A DNA stretch of 61,366 nucleotides, counting the filler, from Streblomastix strix (lineage: Eukaryota), in assembly GCA_008636045.1 (NCBI GenBank). It is 3 parts of 3 records of this genome, joined end to end, with 100 filler letters (N's around TTAATTAATTAA, not from the genome) between each part and the next. Parts side by side here need not be neighbours in the genome. Positions count along the whole stretch, not along the records: positions 1 to 20,406 come from SNRW01000434.1; 2 more parts are not named here. One strand, written 5' to 3'. Both the position numbers and the translations under genes were made by a program. Of this stretch, positions 1 through 16,300 are shown piece by piece; the stretch's first letter is position 1, and each line of letters starts with the position of its first letter. The notes beneath the pieces were generated by a model. It had not been told where the DNA came from. It ran no database searches and saw nothing but the letters and a program-made list of their open reading frames with translations.

Positions 1-422
1 TTATCAGGTTTAACATCCCGGTGGATATAATTGTTTGAATGAACATATTCAAGCCTAGTTATGAATTGATCAGCGAGCATAAAAACTGTTTTAAGAGAGA
101 ATTTACGATCACAGCAGTTAAATATTGTTTCAAGACTTGGACCAAGTAAATCCATAACAAGAATATTATAGTTGCCTTCTGAACCATACCAATGTAAATG
201 AGGTATTCCTGGAACTCTATTATTACCACTCAATTTGAGATAGAGCTATGATTCTTCATACAACTGTGGGGCTTTGGTGGTAAGCTTTTCAAATTTCACA
301 GCAACATCTGTTTTGTCTGTTACGCTGTAACCACGAAATATCTCTCCAAATGATCCTGCCCCTAATTTTTCTCGGCATTCTACTCGATATCTTTACTAAT
401 TAATCCTTTTTCCTGAGCTCAT
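1..422 (-). CDS. CK1: Casein kinase 1 family Ser/Thr kinase, 5' part (runs off the window edge)
   Basis: With TAR=Gln it reads [112 protein letters not shown] and HRDVKPD are CK1 motifs. Confidence 0.96.
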
Positions 423-1343
423 TCGCAGAAAATTGAATTTAATCTGTGAACAAATAAATAATAGCGATAAATAGGAATATTATTATGGTTTGAAGTAATA
501 ATAAAAATAATTATGTATATGTTTCTAATTAATGAATAATTATGTTGAAAAATTATGAATTTGAGGCGGATTAAGATTAATTTATTGATAAAATTATTGC
601 TGCATTTCTGCCGTTCATGCTGAAAGAAAAAAGATTGCAGAATATGATATAACAGAAAATAATAATGTAAATGAATAATGATAATAAAATAAGAATAAAA
701 GAGTAAAAACAGTAAGAAAAAGAGAGTTTAAAATAAAGTTGTTTCTGAGTACATAAAAATTAGTATAAATGCCTATGCGTAAACTTTATGGAAAATAGAA
801 AAAGAAGCAAATAAAAATTAAATATCTTATAACAGTTTATTTACAGAATTCGCGTTTTATTCTGCAAAATTCAATGAGAAAATATTTTGTTGGTTAAGGA
901 ATAAAATCTATTATTATTTATTCTATATTTTATAAATTTTTAATTTAATTTTCAAAATATTGCTCTTATAGTGGAATTAAATAATTTTAGATATTCACTC
1001 GATCTAATAGTAGAATTATTATCCAGATACATGCAAACATTTTAAATTTGTTTCATACAATGGAATTAATAATCTATTTTAAACTTATTAACCTGCTACT
1101 AAGAAATAATCGTTTTTAGTGAATCTTGTAACTTCAAGCCTTTCATATAATTATTTCATTCTTGTTATTAACATATGAATATATTTTCTAGTTATTATTA
1201 TAATTAGATATAATTTTTATCCAATAATTAACTATATTAAATGCATTGTTTTTAAAAAGAGCATTGCACTTGAATCATTTTATAATTTTTTAATATTAAT
1301 TAATTTTATTTTTTATTTTTGCTTTTTTTTCATTTTAGGTTTC

Positions 1344-4300
1344 ATGAATCGGATAATCAGTGAGACATAGGCCTTTTTATTCGAAAAATAAAATAAAATA
1401 GGAATTAGAGGAACAAGATGGAAGTAAGTTGCTCTGGAGAGAGGTTTTTTCTCTATGTTTTCTCTTTCACTTCAAGGTTAGAATGAAATATAAGGACTTT
1501 ATTCTACTGGCTTATCAAGAACTGAAATATCTTCTCAACTTAATGGACTTGAACTTGAATCTCATTAACACATGACCAAGTCGTTAAGTATAATAGAAGG
1601 AAAAAGAACTGCCAGTGCTCCTATTTCATCTATATTAAACTCAGAAGCATATAAGCTATCAGAAATGTTGCAATCACATTCATCATCAATCGATTTCACT
1701 TCATAAAGATTGTAGTATAGTGCCCTCAATGCTGATAATCTCTCCGATCGGGCATAGCGCAACTTCTATCTAACGGCATCGCATGATGAAAGTAATAATA
1801 ACACGAAAAATATTATATCTTAATAGAATATAAACATTTGGATGGCAGAATAATAACGAAAACAATTAATTGCAAAAGCAAAATTATAAAATAAATAGAA
1901 GAAGATAATAGAGTAGGATAGTGATAAATAGAACAATTAAAGAACTTTAGTATAAAATAATAGTTCTAAGATTAATTAATCAGATATCTGCACCTCCTTC
2001 AACCATTTCAGATTCCAATAACCACTATGCCTTAGTGACACGTCATCTGCACCATTGAATGAAACTCAAAATGTTGTTGAAATTAATAAAAACACTTAAA
2101 ACAAACATAATAATTTAATTACAAAATAATCAATATTTTCATCTTAAACTTTCCACTTCAGTCATTTCACCGATATTAAAATTGAGAAACTACTTCAAAG
2201 ATTAACTGATAATGCTGTTTCAACTACATTATTGTTTACTGATTGTGTGTGGAATGAAAATAAAAGATAGAAATTAATAATAAATAATCAAGAAGCAGTT
2301 GAACAATTTCCATTTCACTCTCGATATATAATTGCACCAGCAATCCACAATGCAGTTCTTACACACACAAATTGGCCTCGATTTATTGAAAAGAAGCTTT
2401 TTATAACATAATTATAGAATTAAAGAAAATCAGCTAAATTATAATAATAGCAGATTAAAAATTTCTAATCTTAATTATAATAAAAATCAAACACATATTA
2501 AAAAAAGGAACCGCTTAGTTAATTAAACTTATAAAATATAAATGAAGTAGACGAGAATAATAATATTAACTAATCCCAGTTAAAGTAAAGTTACATTTCT
2601 CCTTCTTCACCATCATCAGAATATCAAGATACCTTTTTAGATACTTCAGATAGATCAAACTTTGGTTTTTAAAATGATAAATTCACTCCAGTTAAAGATA
2701 TTATATAGAACAAAAATAACAACAACTTGAGTGATAATAATAAATAATCAATGCCATTTTTTGTTGATAATAAAGATTTGATGACCAAATAATAATTATA
2801 AACAAACAAACAAACAAAATCTTAAAATCATTCGTTGGAGAAAGAAAGCCCTTAATTGACAGGAATTCATACAAACGTATTTCCCCAAAAAGATATAGAT
2901 AAAATAATAAGTCAATCTTCAATTATTACAGACATTGATGATGACAATGAATAAATTAGACATTGCTCAAATTTATAAGAAATATTTTAAAGAGAAGATG
3001 CATTAACAAATGAATAAAGATCTGAATAAGCTCTTTAATCGGAATAGAAACTTGGTAATAATTAGTTAAAATCACATTTATAACCTTCATAATCATCATA
3101 ATAACACTCTTTAGATTCATTAGATGAAGAACACTTTTAAAATGAAAAATAATAATAAACCAAAATTCAAAGTAATAATGTTAAACAACAATAAAAATTG
3201 GCTAATAATTCTAATTTTAGTCAAAATTATACATAATAATTAAATGAATAATCATAATCAAAAGAATAATAGAATGCAACATCGTTCAGTACTCAACTTG
3301 ACAGCCCATCAATGTTTTAAGCTCTTTATTATGTAAAAGAAATGGAAAATTAATAAATATAAAAAGATGGAACACATAACAAAAAACTAAACTAACCATA
3401 AAATTAGTAAAATTAAGAATAAAGTGAAGAAATTTAAACTGATTTGAATAAAAGAAGAGCTAATGAAACTCCAATTTAACTTATGGAATAATTAGATGAT
3501 GAATAATAAGAATAACAAAATTAAAATAACAAAAGCATGGACTTGGTTATATAACAATTGAATTAAAATAATAATTTGTTAGGAATATCATTTATCGCAG
3601 CTAATTCACACATTTAGTAAAATAAAGAAGATAATCCTTTGTTACTAGTGGATATAATGTAATCTTAATCAGCGAATAGAAAAAACAGTCAAAATAATCA
3701 TAGTAATCGGAGTAAGGATAGCAAGGATAGTAGTTCTCGATAATAGTCTCCCATGATGGTATCAACATAAACTTCTGGAGAAATAAAATTCGCTATTGGC
3801 GTTGGGAAGAATTAATAATAAATAATAAATAAATAATAGGGTGGAAATGAAGAAATGTAAATTGAATATAAATAAGATTAATAATAAAATAAATACAATC
3901 TTATATCTTCATTAAAACATAACTAATAATAAGGATCTTCATCAACACTATTCAATTTATCTTCAACCTTGTCATAATCGTAATTACAATAACAATAACA
4001 ATAACCTTAATTATAACAATCGCAATCTACATCAACCTTACAATAATCATCTTCATCATTATCATATTCATTAACAGCATCTTCTGCATTGCAATTATAA
4101 TAACCATAAATATTATAGTAATCTTTATCATAAAAGTTATTGTAAAACCCCAAAGCATTTCTCAAACTTCCAGAATCATAATAACTGTAATAATCAAGAT
4201 TTCAGTCGAGACCTTCTTCAAATAGTTTTTTAACTCATTCACAACAATCTTTGTAATAATTAAAAATTAAATATGAAGAAGATTAACTTTAGAAGCTTCT

Positions 4301-7300
4301 TTAATCATAATATAACCCTCAACCACTAATGAATAATTAATTGTAATAACCTTATCAGTAATAGTACATATCACCACTATCATCTCTCATTCTTGCAACT
4401 GTTGAAAGAGTTATTTCAGCTCGTTTTATTAAGAAATTCTGCTTCTTCAATTAATTTGATTAATTCAGATTATATTTTGCATTCATGGATGCAATAATCA
4501 CTTTCAATACACCAGAAGAAATAAGATATGATGAATTTGATGAATTAATGAAGTAGTAAAGAGAAAAAGAAAGTGAAAATTAACTTTATAAACAAATGGC
4601 ATTGAATTAAGCATTTAATGATAGCAATATTAATTAAGAAATTATACTTGCCAAAACTGATTTTAATTAATTTTAATAAAGAGAATAACAATAATAACTA
4701 TAATAATCATTTACGTAACCATATTAATCATATACATCGTAATAACAAAGAAATAACAGGGAAGTATCAATTAAAAGCGAAAGTAGAAGTTCAAGATCAA
4801 GAAATTTATAAAGTAAAAGAGTAAGTAAAAGGAAAAATAAAATTGATAAAAAGTAAGATGTTAAATAACCAACAAATTTAAGCAGTAACATATAAACTGG
4901 TGTATCCAAATTCAAAATATCAAAATAATGGGATTCAATTTAGAGTATGAATTCATAATAATCATAAAATGATAATAATAAAAATTATTATATTCCTGGT
5001 TTATCATAAACATAATTATTTAAATAGTAATAATTAAAATAAATGTAGTAATATGGTTAAATTTCAATGATAAACACTCAAAATTCACAATAGACTACAT
5101 CTCTTACCCAAGAATAAGATACATTAACACTTAATATGACCATGACACTCAAACCTGACAACTTCACATTTGCTGTTCTAGAAACAGCAGGAACAGACAT
5201 GTCCAATTCATCCAGATCACAAACAGGGATGGAATCAGAGAGGAATTCATACATTGATAAAATGTCCATACAAACAGAAGACTCATATAATCCTGATTAA
5301 TAATAGCAAGATGACTAAAAATAATTACTATTATTATAGTAGGATATTGCAAATGATGCTGGACAAAACTTACCTATTCAATAAACTTTTTCATCATTAC
5401 AAATATAAAACTCCTCACTTGTATCATATCCATTATAATCAAATTCAAGACCCACATCTCCTGTATTATAATAATATTATTAACCATCTCCTTCTTTTCA
5501 AACTCCTCATTATGATCTAAACTCAACTAAATCGTATAAATCAGTAAAATCATCAATTTCTAGTGTTTAATAATAATAATAAAATTAGCAATAATTATTA
5601 TAATTATAACAACAACAATAATAATAACATAAATAAAAGAAATAATAAGATCAAAATTTAAAAAATAAAAATTTAGATGATAAAATTCATTAATTGAAGA
5701 AAAAAATCACATTTCGAACTCCTCCAAATTTATCACTTGTAGCTTTAACTACAGGATAATTTACCAAGAACATGCTAATGTACACTTTAATACAACAAGA
5801 TAAAGGATTAAAACAACTTTATAAGCACCATATGTTCAATATATCATAAAGAAAGTTAGAAACACAATCATTAACAATTATTGTACCTTCGCTTCTTCCC
5901 ATAATCCAGCATTCTTTATTCCAATTAAAAGTGTAATTAATTGAATCCAGAAGAGAGATATTGAAGGTTGTTGATGAACAAAGAGAAGAAACAATTAAGA
6001 CTAGATTAGAGAAATATGAAAAGGAAGAAGGAAAAGATGATAATAAGAAGAATGAAAAAATTAATTATCAGGCAAATTAGTAATAACCATAATAATTAAA
6101 TTTTTAGTAATAATAACCTTAGCAATAGTCTAAATATATAAAAGGTTCATTATCTTCATCATTATTAGCCATTATCCATGATGTTCTTTGGGTTGAAGAT
6201 GCTGTTGGAGCCACTTTTATTCAATTATCATATTCTTCTTCATGTTTCATATCTCAATCTTCTTCTTATTCATATAATCACAACTTTAGTTAATTAATAT
6301 TCAATGTGTAATAATTGGAGAAAGAATTAATGGTAACATCAATGTATATGAATTTATTGTTGAATTTAGAAATTTATGATGTTTTGATTGATGGATATAT
6401 AATTCCATTTTATGAGTAGATGTATTTAGAAGAAGAGGAGGAGGAAGATGAAGACGAAGCTGAAGAAGTAGAAATTGTTGAAATGAAAGAAAAAATTAAT
6501 AGAAAAGATTCAAAGAATAAGTCAAACACTTCATTACAAACAGCTCAAAGTACATCACCAGCAAATATATTTGATATATAAAATGATTAAGATTAACCTA
6601 AGTCTAACTTAAATTCATTAAAGCGAAGTTAAGTTAAAGGTTTTTCTCTCAATCTATCAAATATTTATTCTAACTAAGCAAATCAAAATGTGGTTGGTTT
6701 TACTTAAATTGTTTAAACTCCTCATATTTCTTAAATTAAAAATAATAATGAAGACAGCAAAGAAGAAAACACCATATAAGCTCTTCTGAACAAATAAAAA
6801 CAGTTAAATTTGTAGTAATAGAAAGAGAAAGAACAGTTAAAAAATTAAATATAAATATAACAGTTGTAATATTAATCTTCCCCAATGCAACAATAAACAA
6901 AAATAGCTAAATTTTAATAGTAGAATATAATGTAATAACCATCTACATCATCACTTTCTTCTTTGACATAATTGTCATAAATATAATCTAATTAGTCATA
7001 ACAATCAGCCGCTGAAATTCTTTAATAATATACTACATCATTAACTAAAAAATAGTCTTAATATCATATTCAATAGTAATAATAGTAATCATAATAGAAA
7101 GATTAACAATAACAATCTATTCCTAAATCACCAAAAAAGTTAATTGATAAAACCAATTAATAATCACTTCCTTCAGATGCATAAAAAGAATAATAGTAAC
7201 AGTAACAGTAATAATAATAAATATAATAATAATAAATAGAATAAAAATAGTTTATTTAATCATAAATTATTACGCCAAAGCAACTATGGTAAAGATAGTA

Positions 7301-10300
7301 ATCAATTAATAATCAATTCTAGCATTAAACTAAAATTATTGAATAATCTATATAAGGCTTTAAATTAGTATTAAAATAACGTTATATATAATAATACAAA
7401 TAAGTTCGAACCCTTCACAAATATATTTCACAGTCATATACAAAATAAAATTCAAAATCCTTAACTTTATCATTAAAATCATTGTAAAATTAATCATAGT
7501 AAAAATAGTAATAATTTAATCAATCATAAACTGATACATATCAACATTCATTTTCCGATGCATTTTCTCTTAATAATTATTAAAATAATAATTATACACT
7601 CCCTTAATAGCTTCTTTCTTATTCTTAAAATCCTAATTAGTAAAATAAGAATAATTTATAGTATGTTTTACCTAAATAGATATCAAAATAGAATATGAAT
7701 ATATTTAATTAATAAAAATAATAATAAGGAGAAGTAATTGAAAATCCAAATAATAAAATGGATATAAATAATAATTCTAATATTATATCTTCAAATATGC
7801 AATCTCCAATTTTGTTTTAAACTTATCAATAACCAAATTAATAATTAATATAATTGTAATAACAATAAAAAATTTAAATGGAGTAAATATTATAATAATA
7901 AGACAATTAACCAAATCTGTCTTCAATTCCATCAAAAGATTAATTATTATTACAAACTTAATAACAGACTAAATCTTTGGCAATTTAAACATCAACATAA
8001 TAGTAATAACCACATAATTAAACTTCTCTTCCAAATACACCTTCTGATATATTTTTTAAAGATGATATGAATCTCAATTAATTTAATGATAATCAAAATA
8101 AATAAAAACCAGATTAAGTTTTATAAAGTTTAGTTAATAATATTAATTAGATTAATAATAAGAATAATTTATTTCATATGAAACAATCAAATTAACTTGT
8201 ATAAAGAGAATTTGGTCCATTATCACAAAATGAATAAATAGATGAGATTGATAAATCATAATAAGATGAAGATTGTGATGATGAATATCTAAATAATTAA
8301 AATAGAAATTCAGATTAATATTAAGATAGAAATCAATGGGAGGAAAATTGGGATAGTGAAGATTAGGATTAATTCAATAATTACAATAACATTGATTGGA
8401 ATGAATATGGAGATGAAATAGATGACCTATCAGATGATGATTATGATGATATTGAAGAATAATAAAAAACTAAAAACTTACAAAAATAAATAATATAATT
8501 AATGAACTCCATATATAAATAAACAAATTATAGTAATAATATTTTTAATAAAAATCAGAATAGTTCGAAGTCTGTTCGTTCTCGATCTCGAACAAGTGGT
8601 TTGTCTCATTCACATTATAATAAATAACAATAATTAATTGATAACAGATAATTATCATAACATTCACGTAATCGTTCATAAACGCATTATATTCAACGTT
8701 AAAAATCTCCTCCTATTATTATACCATCTTAACCATCTAATAACTTTTTATACTAACAACAAAATAATTAAAGTTTTGATTTAAATAGATTTAGTCCATC
8801 AATGTCCAGGAAGTAAAGCTATAAATAAACTACGCCAAATGCATAGATACACTTAAACAAGACTAGTGTCATTACAAATATTCGCTAGCGTTCTCCTTAA
8901 TCTCCTCTTTCTCATGTAGATTCATATGATAATTCTAATCACTCTTCATTTAACTTTCCTCTTTAACCGCAATAATAATAATATAGTTCTTAATCATAAT
9001 AACAAAATGTATTCTCTGCTAGATTGCAATAGTAATAAATTGAGTAATAATAATAATAATAGCAGTAGTAGTAGTAATAATAGTAGCAACAGAATTAACA
9101 ATAAAAAACTAATTTAAATGCAAGTAGCAAAAAATTAATTCTACGTAAATCACTATTATAAACAAGAATAAAAAATGAACCAATTGAAAGTAATAATAAT
9201 AATAATGTTAATAATAGCAACTTCTTGTTAATTTAAGAAGAATTAAATGACTAGAGCGCAAAATAGCATTCACGATCATATCAAGCGAACTTAAACAGAA
9301 TTGCTGATAATAAAAAATAATAGTTAATTATTGATTAAAATAACTATAAAAACTTGCACAGCACATATTCTTAATAAAAATTATACTAGTATTAATAATA
9401 ATATCAGATTTAAAATTAAAATTTATCACCAGATTAGCTAATTAATAATCAAAAGATAATAAAACCATTTTCATAATCATAGACATAAATATATTCTAAT
9501 TCACCATCATTAACTCGTGCTAATGCGAGAGTACAAAAATCATAATAACCCTCTTCAACATCATCAGAACAACAACAGGAATAACAATTAATAGAAAATG
9601 GGAAAATAGTTTAATAGTAAATAGAGTCTTTACAGGAACAAAGAGAAAATGATGATATTATAGAAATAGAATAAGACGTTGATGACAATTCTGATATGGA
9701 AGAAGAATAATAATAGTTTTAGCATGATAATGGATTTCTACCTCTATAATCACCATAACTAACAAAGAATAATAAGAATGAAAATGATTTACTCTCTTAA
9801 TCTTCAACCCAAATGTCAATGCAAGAACTATCAAATAAACAATCTAATAAATCTCCATTACAATAATAATAGCAGTAATTGTCATTTTAAACATAATCAT
9901 AATTATCTTCATAATTAGTTTCATAAAATTCTTCATATTCTAATTATGAATAAGATTAGGAATAATTTGACTAAAAAGATTAGTAAGACAAATCTTTTGA
10001 AGATTAAAATTTGAGATAATTGATACTTTCTTCAACATAATCCCAATAATAAGATAGTTAATAATAATCTCAATAACAATAAAATTCTTCAGCTTAATTA
10101 TCCTTTCCTCCCTCAATATCATTTCCATCTGCACTATCACTCAGTTCCACCAACTCTTCATAATAAGTCATTTCTCCAATTCAGTCATCTTAATCTCAAT
10201 CACCAATCCATACAACACCACATTTGTAGTCTCATAATCATATGCACTCACACATACACGCTAATATTCATTCACCCACATTGGATGCTGCTTCATTACT

Positions 10301-13300
10301 TTCTCCTTCATTGAATCCTGCTTTACAAGAGATGAGAAATAAATTATCATAAACATAATTATCACAGCCACAAATATTCTAAAATACTAAACATCAAAAA
10401 CGTTTGAGTATTATTGCTTCTTAGTAATAAACTTAGGCCAATACTCTTTCTTCTCTTTCATCTGAATCATCTAAATCTCACGCTGCTACTGTCACTTCGA
10501 CAACATCTACTTCTTAATCATAATAATAGTAACATTAAAATCAATAAAAATAAATTGAATAAACTAAACAGAATGAATAATAAGAATAAAATGTTAAAAT
10601 TAATTAACAATAAAATGATTAAAATGATTAGAAATTAAAAGATTAGTCATCTGTACCTCCATTTTCATATTCCCCAATTTTGGTAAGAAAATCATCATTG
10701 AAGTCTCTTAAACAATTAAATTAATAAAAAAAAGAAAATGAATAAAGTAAAGACCAAGAGAAAAAATAAGGTGTTATATAGAAGTAATTAACTGATAATA
10801 AATAGAAGGAAGAAAAAGTGCAAGAAATAGAACAGACGATACCATAGATCTTATCTTCATCTAAACTGTCAACCTCAAATCTTTCTTCTTCATCGTTTTA
10901 TTCAGGTTCTTCTTAATAATCTCCTCCTATCTTATAAAAACTCAAACCTCCTTCTTCGTCTTCTTTGTATAAGTAATAATCAATATAACATCCATCTTCC
11001 CAATTACCACAAATATAATCTTAATTATCGTAGAAATAATCCAAATAATTAATAATTGAATAGCATTCATAAGTAAATGAAGAAATTAAAGATAAATCTC
11101 CATTTCTTTTATATTAATTACCAACTCGTCCATCAAAAGCAGCATTTTAAATTGGAAATTAATTCTTGATTCCATTATTAAAAATGAAAATGAATGATTT
11201 TTGGGAAAATAAACAAATATAAAAAGTTTAGTAAAAAGTGTAATAGGTATAATAGTAAGCATAATAAAAAGATTAAGTTTTAAGCTAAACGGTTAATAAA
11301 GATAATAATATAAACAATTAAATTAATAACATATTTTAAAATTTTAGCACAGCATTTACTCAAAACGCAACTTAGCTGTCAGACATATCAATACAATCTA
11401 CTTCTAATTCGTTCTATTAAAATCCACTTTCAAATTAATCTACTGTCTCTTTATCATTATTATCCTTATCTTCTCCATAAAGCTCGTTTTATTCACCTAA
11501 AATTAATGCAAATTATAACTTTAATCCTTTGCAGCAATAATATTCTTCATAATCACAGCAAGCTATTTAACAGTTCTAATTTGTATAACCAGCTCAAGCC
11601 ATTCAAACACCATTAATAAATAACTCTTTAACAAACCTGCCTCTTGCTCTTCAGTTATCACAACCTGTTTAATAGTCACTTTCTATGCCTGTAACTCCTC
11701 ATCTTTCCTTATTTTAATAATAATAGTAACAACAACAATAATAATAACAAATAAATTAAATTAAAATGCAGTAACCATAGTCACTCTCTCATTCTACTCC
11801 ACCTCATTGGTCAATATTCATCGTAGAAACTGTTGTATCATCAATTATATTATCATTCATTCGTATAATGACTATTAATATTGAATAATTGTGTGATGAA
11901 GGTGATGATAACGAGAATTTAAAATTGAATGAAAAAGAAAGAATTAAGAAAAAGAAACAAAGTAAAAATAAGAAATAAAATTAGTAAGATGAAGATATAA
12001 AATCATTTACGCACATTCCACCTCATTTATAGGTTTGAATTTATTCTTATTTATTAATCACTTATTATTCTCTAATATTTTTATTTCACATTAGTCATTT
12101 AGATTAACTCCATTTGGGCCTTGGGTTACAGAATTCCCTTTAAACTAATACAATACGAATAAAAATATCAATTTGAATAATATAAATATTAGCATATAAT
12201 AATAGCAATCACAAACTCATATAGCATCTCCATCATCAAATTCATCATAGCAATCAATTCATTAAATGAGTTCCTCTTCATCCTCCAATTAACAACAATA
12301 TCAGCTTATTCGATCTCCACCCCAATCTCCTTCATACCCATCTCCATCTAATTCTCCATAAATTAATACTAATCTCATTCGTCCTCATTCATATACAAAA
12401 CAATAATAATCTTAGTAATAATCTTAATATTAATCTAAGACATTACCTTTGTTAATTTAATAGTCTATTAATTTACCCAATCTTAATAGTATTGTTATGC
12501 CGACCTAGCTTTTGCAAGCTGCTAATACTAATTAATCATCTTCTTATATCCAATAGCAGTAGCACAACATTAATAAAGTAACTACACCTCCTTTAAATAC
12601 ACATTCTTCATCTTCATCTTCATCTTCATCTTCATCATAATAAATATCATCTCCATCTTAATCTCATACTTTATAATTTAATTAAAAAAATAATTCTACT
12701 TCTGTTCCGTATCTTTTTCCAATTAATTTTCCTCAATCTCCAACAATGCTACCGTAGCTTCTTCCTTTTTAATATCATATATCTTCTAATCAATCCTCAA
12801 TTGCATCTCCTCCTTAATCACCTCCATTACCTCTTCATAGACTATCTCCAAACATTCTTGCTTCATTTCCTCCTACTCCTCATTTCTCTTCTTCTTAATA
12901 ATAATAACAATCTTAATCATAAACATCAACATAAGCATAAGCATAATCTTAATCATAAACATAGTTGTAATCTTTGTCATCATCATCCTAATCATCATCT
13001 TCATAATCAACATCTGTAATACCTTCTTCTATTCCACCCTCCTTAATAATATCATAATCTCTTTCATCATAACTTCCTTCATATAATCCTTAATCATCTC
13101 CACCAATATTTTCTGATCCATCTTCTTCTTCTTCTCCAACTTAACTCAATGTTCATCCTCTTTAAAATTCCATCATTATTTCATATCCAAGTACTCCTCA
13201 TACAACTTCCCAGCCATAGTCTACTAATTCATCTTCTGATTCATAATCTTTATCTTCTTCTCAATAGAGGTAACTGTAATAGATATAACTTCAATAATTA

Positions 13301-16300
13301 TAACTATTGCAACAATAAATATAAAAATAATTATTTTTGTAATAAAACGACCGTAATTTGTAATTTTCACACAATATTGCTATAGATCAATTCTCTATTT
13401 TACTTTAATAAGTAATTCTCTCTTCTTCTTCTAATTTTATATTAAAATAAATATCATTGAAGCATAAAGAAAAAATGAAATAAAAATAGATTTAGAGATA
13501 AAAGGAAAGAAAGAATATGAAAAAGAATGTGAAATAAAGTGATAATTATTATTAAAATAAATATAACAAAATAAACTTCAGTGGTGCATTGTAGATAGCA
13601 TATGATATTGCATATTTTATGGATATTTCAGCCAACATATTCAACTTATAGAAAGAATTACTAATGAATAGCTAAAGATCAATCAAATTACCCTGTATTT
13701 TATAGTCATTGCAAAGATTACTGATGTATTTGGCTGGATTTGATGATATAAAATTATGGGGTAAATATGCACATAAAAGATTAAAAGTGCATAGAACATG
13801 CGAAGAGAAATTTAGATTATTGGGAATTGAGAAGAATGATTATCAGAATAATGACAAGATTACTTAAATCACTAAAATTGAGAATAAAGTAAACATTAAT
13901 GAGAATAAAGCAAACATTAATGAGAATAAAGATATTAAAGTTGAAAATAAGGAGTCAAATAAATAAGGAATGAATGAAAATAAAGGAGAAACTAAAAGTA
14001 TCAAAGATGTAAAAATAGATAACAAGTAATCAAATACGTCTAGATAGATATATGATAATTATTTAACATAAATGAAGAAGAGCAAATAAAGAGAATAAAA
14101 TGCGAGTAAAATGCCTTGGATTTATGCAATTAAAATGAGTGAGATGTATGACTATTACGGAGATGAAGAAGAAATGAAAGAAAAAGATAAGATAAGAAAA
14201 GATAGTTAAGAAGGAGAAAATTAAGAATAAATGAAATAAGATAACAAAAATTAAATAAATATGTGTATTTAACAGAATAATAATGATGATGATGAAAGTT
14301 CAATTTTTCTTTCTAATTTATTCTTACCAATAAAACAGCCAATTCTCTCATCACTAATTCCATCTCAATATATTTATATATAATAATATAAATAAATTAT
14401 CAACTAATTTATATTTTGTTAAACATCTCAATAGCAATAACAATAATCTCTTACTAAATAAAAAAGCTCAAAATCTTTGATAAAATCTTAATCTTAATCT
14501 TAATCGCAGTTATAATATTAAGAAATGTAAGCTTTATTGCAATATTAACAATATAAATCATAATATTAAATATTAATAGCTTAATTCAATTAATAATAAG
14601 ATAAATTAAGACAAGTGAAATTTATATAATTTGATTGGATACAACTTCACTCCTAACAATTTTAAATATCATTTGATTAATTACCAAAAAGAGTTTCGAT
14701 TGAACCATCAAATATAGTATAAAAAAATAAAGAAAAAGAAAAAGAAAAGAAAGGTAAAGGAAAATAAAAATTTAAGGGAAATATTTTTGATCTTTCAAAA
14801 AGAAGTAAGAAAAGTGATATTTAGAAAGAAATTGGGAAAAGAAAGAAGAAAAAGAAAAAGAGATTATCACTGATTAAGAAAAAGAATGAAACTGAAGCCG
14901 ATCAAGAAAAAAAGTCAGTTATTTCATCTACATTAGAAATATAAATTGATTAAGAATAAAATAATGAATAAGAATAGAAGAAAGATAAGAAATAAAATAA
15001 GAAAGTGATAAATAAATTAGATAAATAAAATTCATAAACATCAATGCCAACTTCTAATTCATTGACATCAAATAGTTTATTTAGCAATAAATATGAGAAA
15101 GAAAAGGGGAAAGATAACGAGAAAGAGAAAGAGAAATAAAAAGAAGAAAAATAAGATGATATTCTAACAATTATTTCTCTTAAATATGAAAAAGAGTAAA
15201 AAGAATAGTTTAATGATATAAGACCTTTTTCTGCAAATAAGTTGATATAGAAATAATAATAGAAATAAGAACCCGAATAAATTAATAGTAATAATAGCAA
15301 AAAGAAAGTTGTTGGGAAAGTGATGAGAAAAGGATAGAAATAAGAAGAAAATGAAAAAGATAGCATTGAAAGTAAAGAAGAAAATTAGTAATTACCAATA
15401 TCATTATCACAAATTTAATAATAGAATGTAAAATTAAACTCATAAGATTAAAAATAAGATAAAGGCTAACAAATATTGAATAATAATTAATAAAATTAAG
15501 ACCAATAAAATTAAAATGATTTAAAATTAGTGATGCAGGTTAATATCAAAGAAAAATAAAATAGATAAGCTAAAAGAATAGTTTAAAAGAATGTAGTAAA
15601 AAATAATCAATTGTAAGAGAAAAATGAATAAATTAATTTAAATAATATTATTGGAGGGGAAAATAAAGAAGAAGAAGAAAGAAAACAAAAAGAAGAGAAT
15701 GAGAAATAATATAATTAAAGGTTAGAAAAAGCAAAAACAAATTAAGATAAATAAAATAAACCTTCTTCTTTGACACCGATTCTGAGAAGAAGTTATATCC
15801 CTCCTGCATAATCAAAGTTAAGAATACAAGAGAAAGATAAGGAGAAGGAATTAACAGATGGAGGAGCAAGCTTTAGTTAATCACCAAATTCAACTATTAG
15901 AGAAACTGATAATTAAGATTAAGAAAATTAAAGTGTCAATGATATAAATGAAAAAGGAATAAAATAAAGAAAAAGAAAAGTTAAATTTTTAGACCAACAA
16001 AATATTTAATAGTATCAATATGATGAAGATGATATTGTATCAGATGATAGACATAGTTTAATGAAATAAATAATTGTAAAGTCTTCAGATCAATAAACCA
16101 GAGGCAAATCACCGTATGAAGAATTAATCAATCAACCCTTTATCAACTCAGATTTATTGAATTTACTATCTCCTCATTCCTCTTTATCAAAATTGTAGCA
16201 GCTAAAGAAATAGCCTCTAAGACCAATATCTCCTGCACTTCCAGGAGCTGGAGAACAGGATGAAGCTAAAATGTTGGTTATTTAACCTGCTCAAAGATTG

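Noticed and set aside
542..900. Plus-strand frame from ATG 542 that would stay open if TGA encoded Trp
   Set aside because: There is no recognisable homology, and long open frames arise easily with a single stop codon, so it is not usable evidence.
13880..13932. 21-bp tandem repeat (ENKxNIN)
   Set aside because: This is ordinary in-frame slippage within low-complexity coding sequence.
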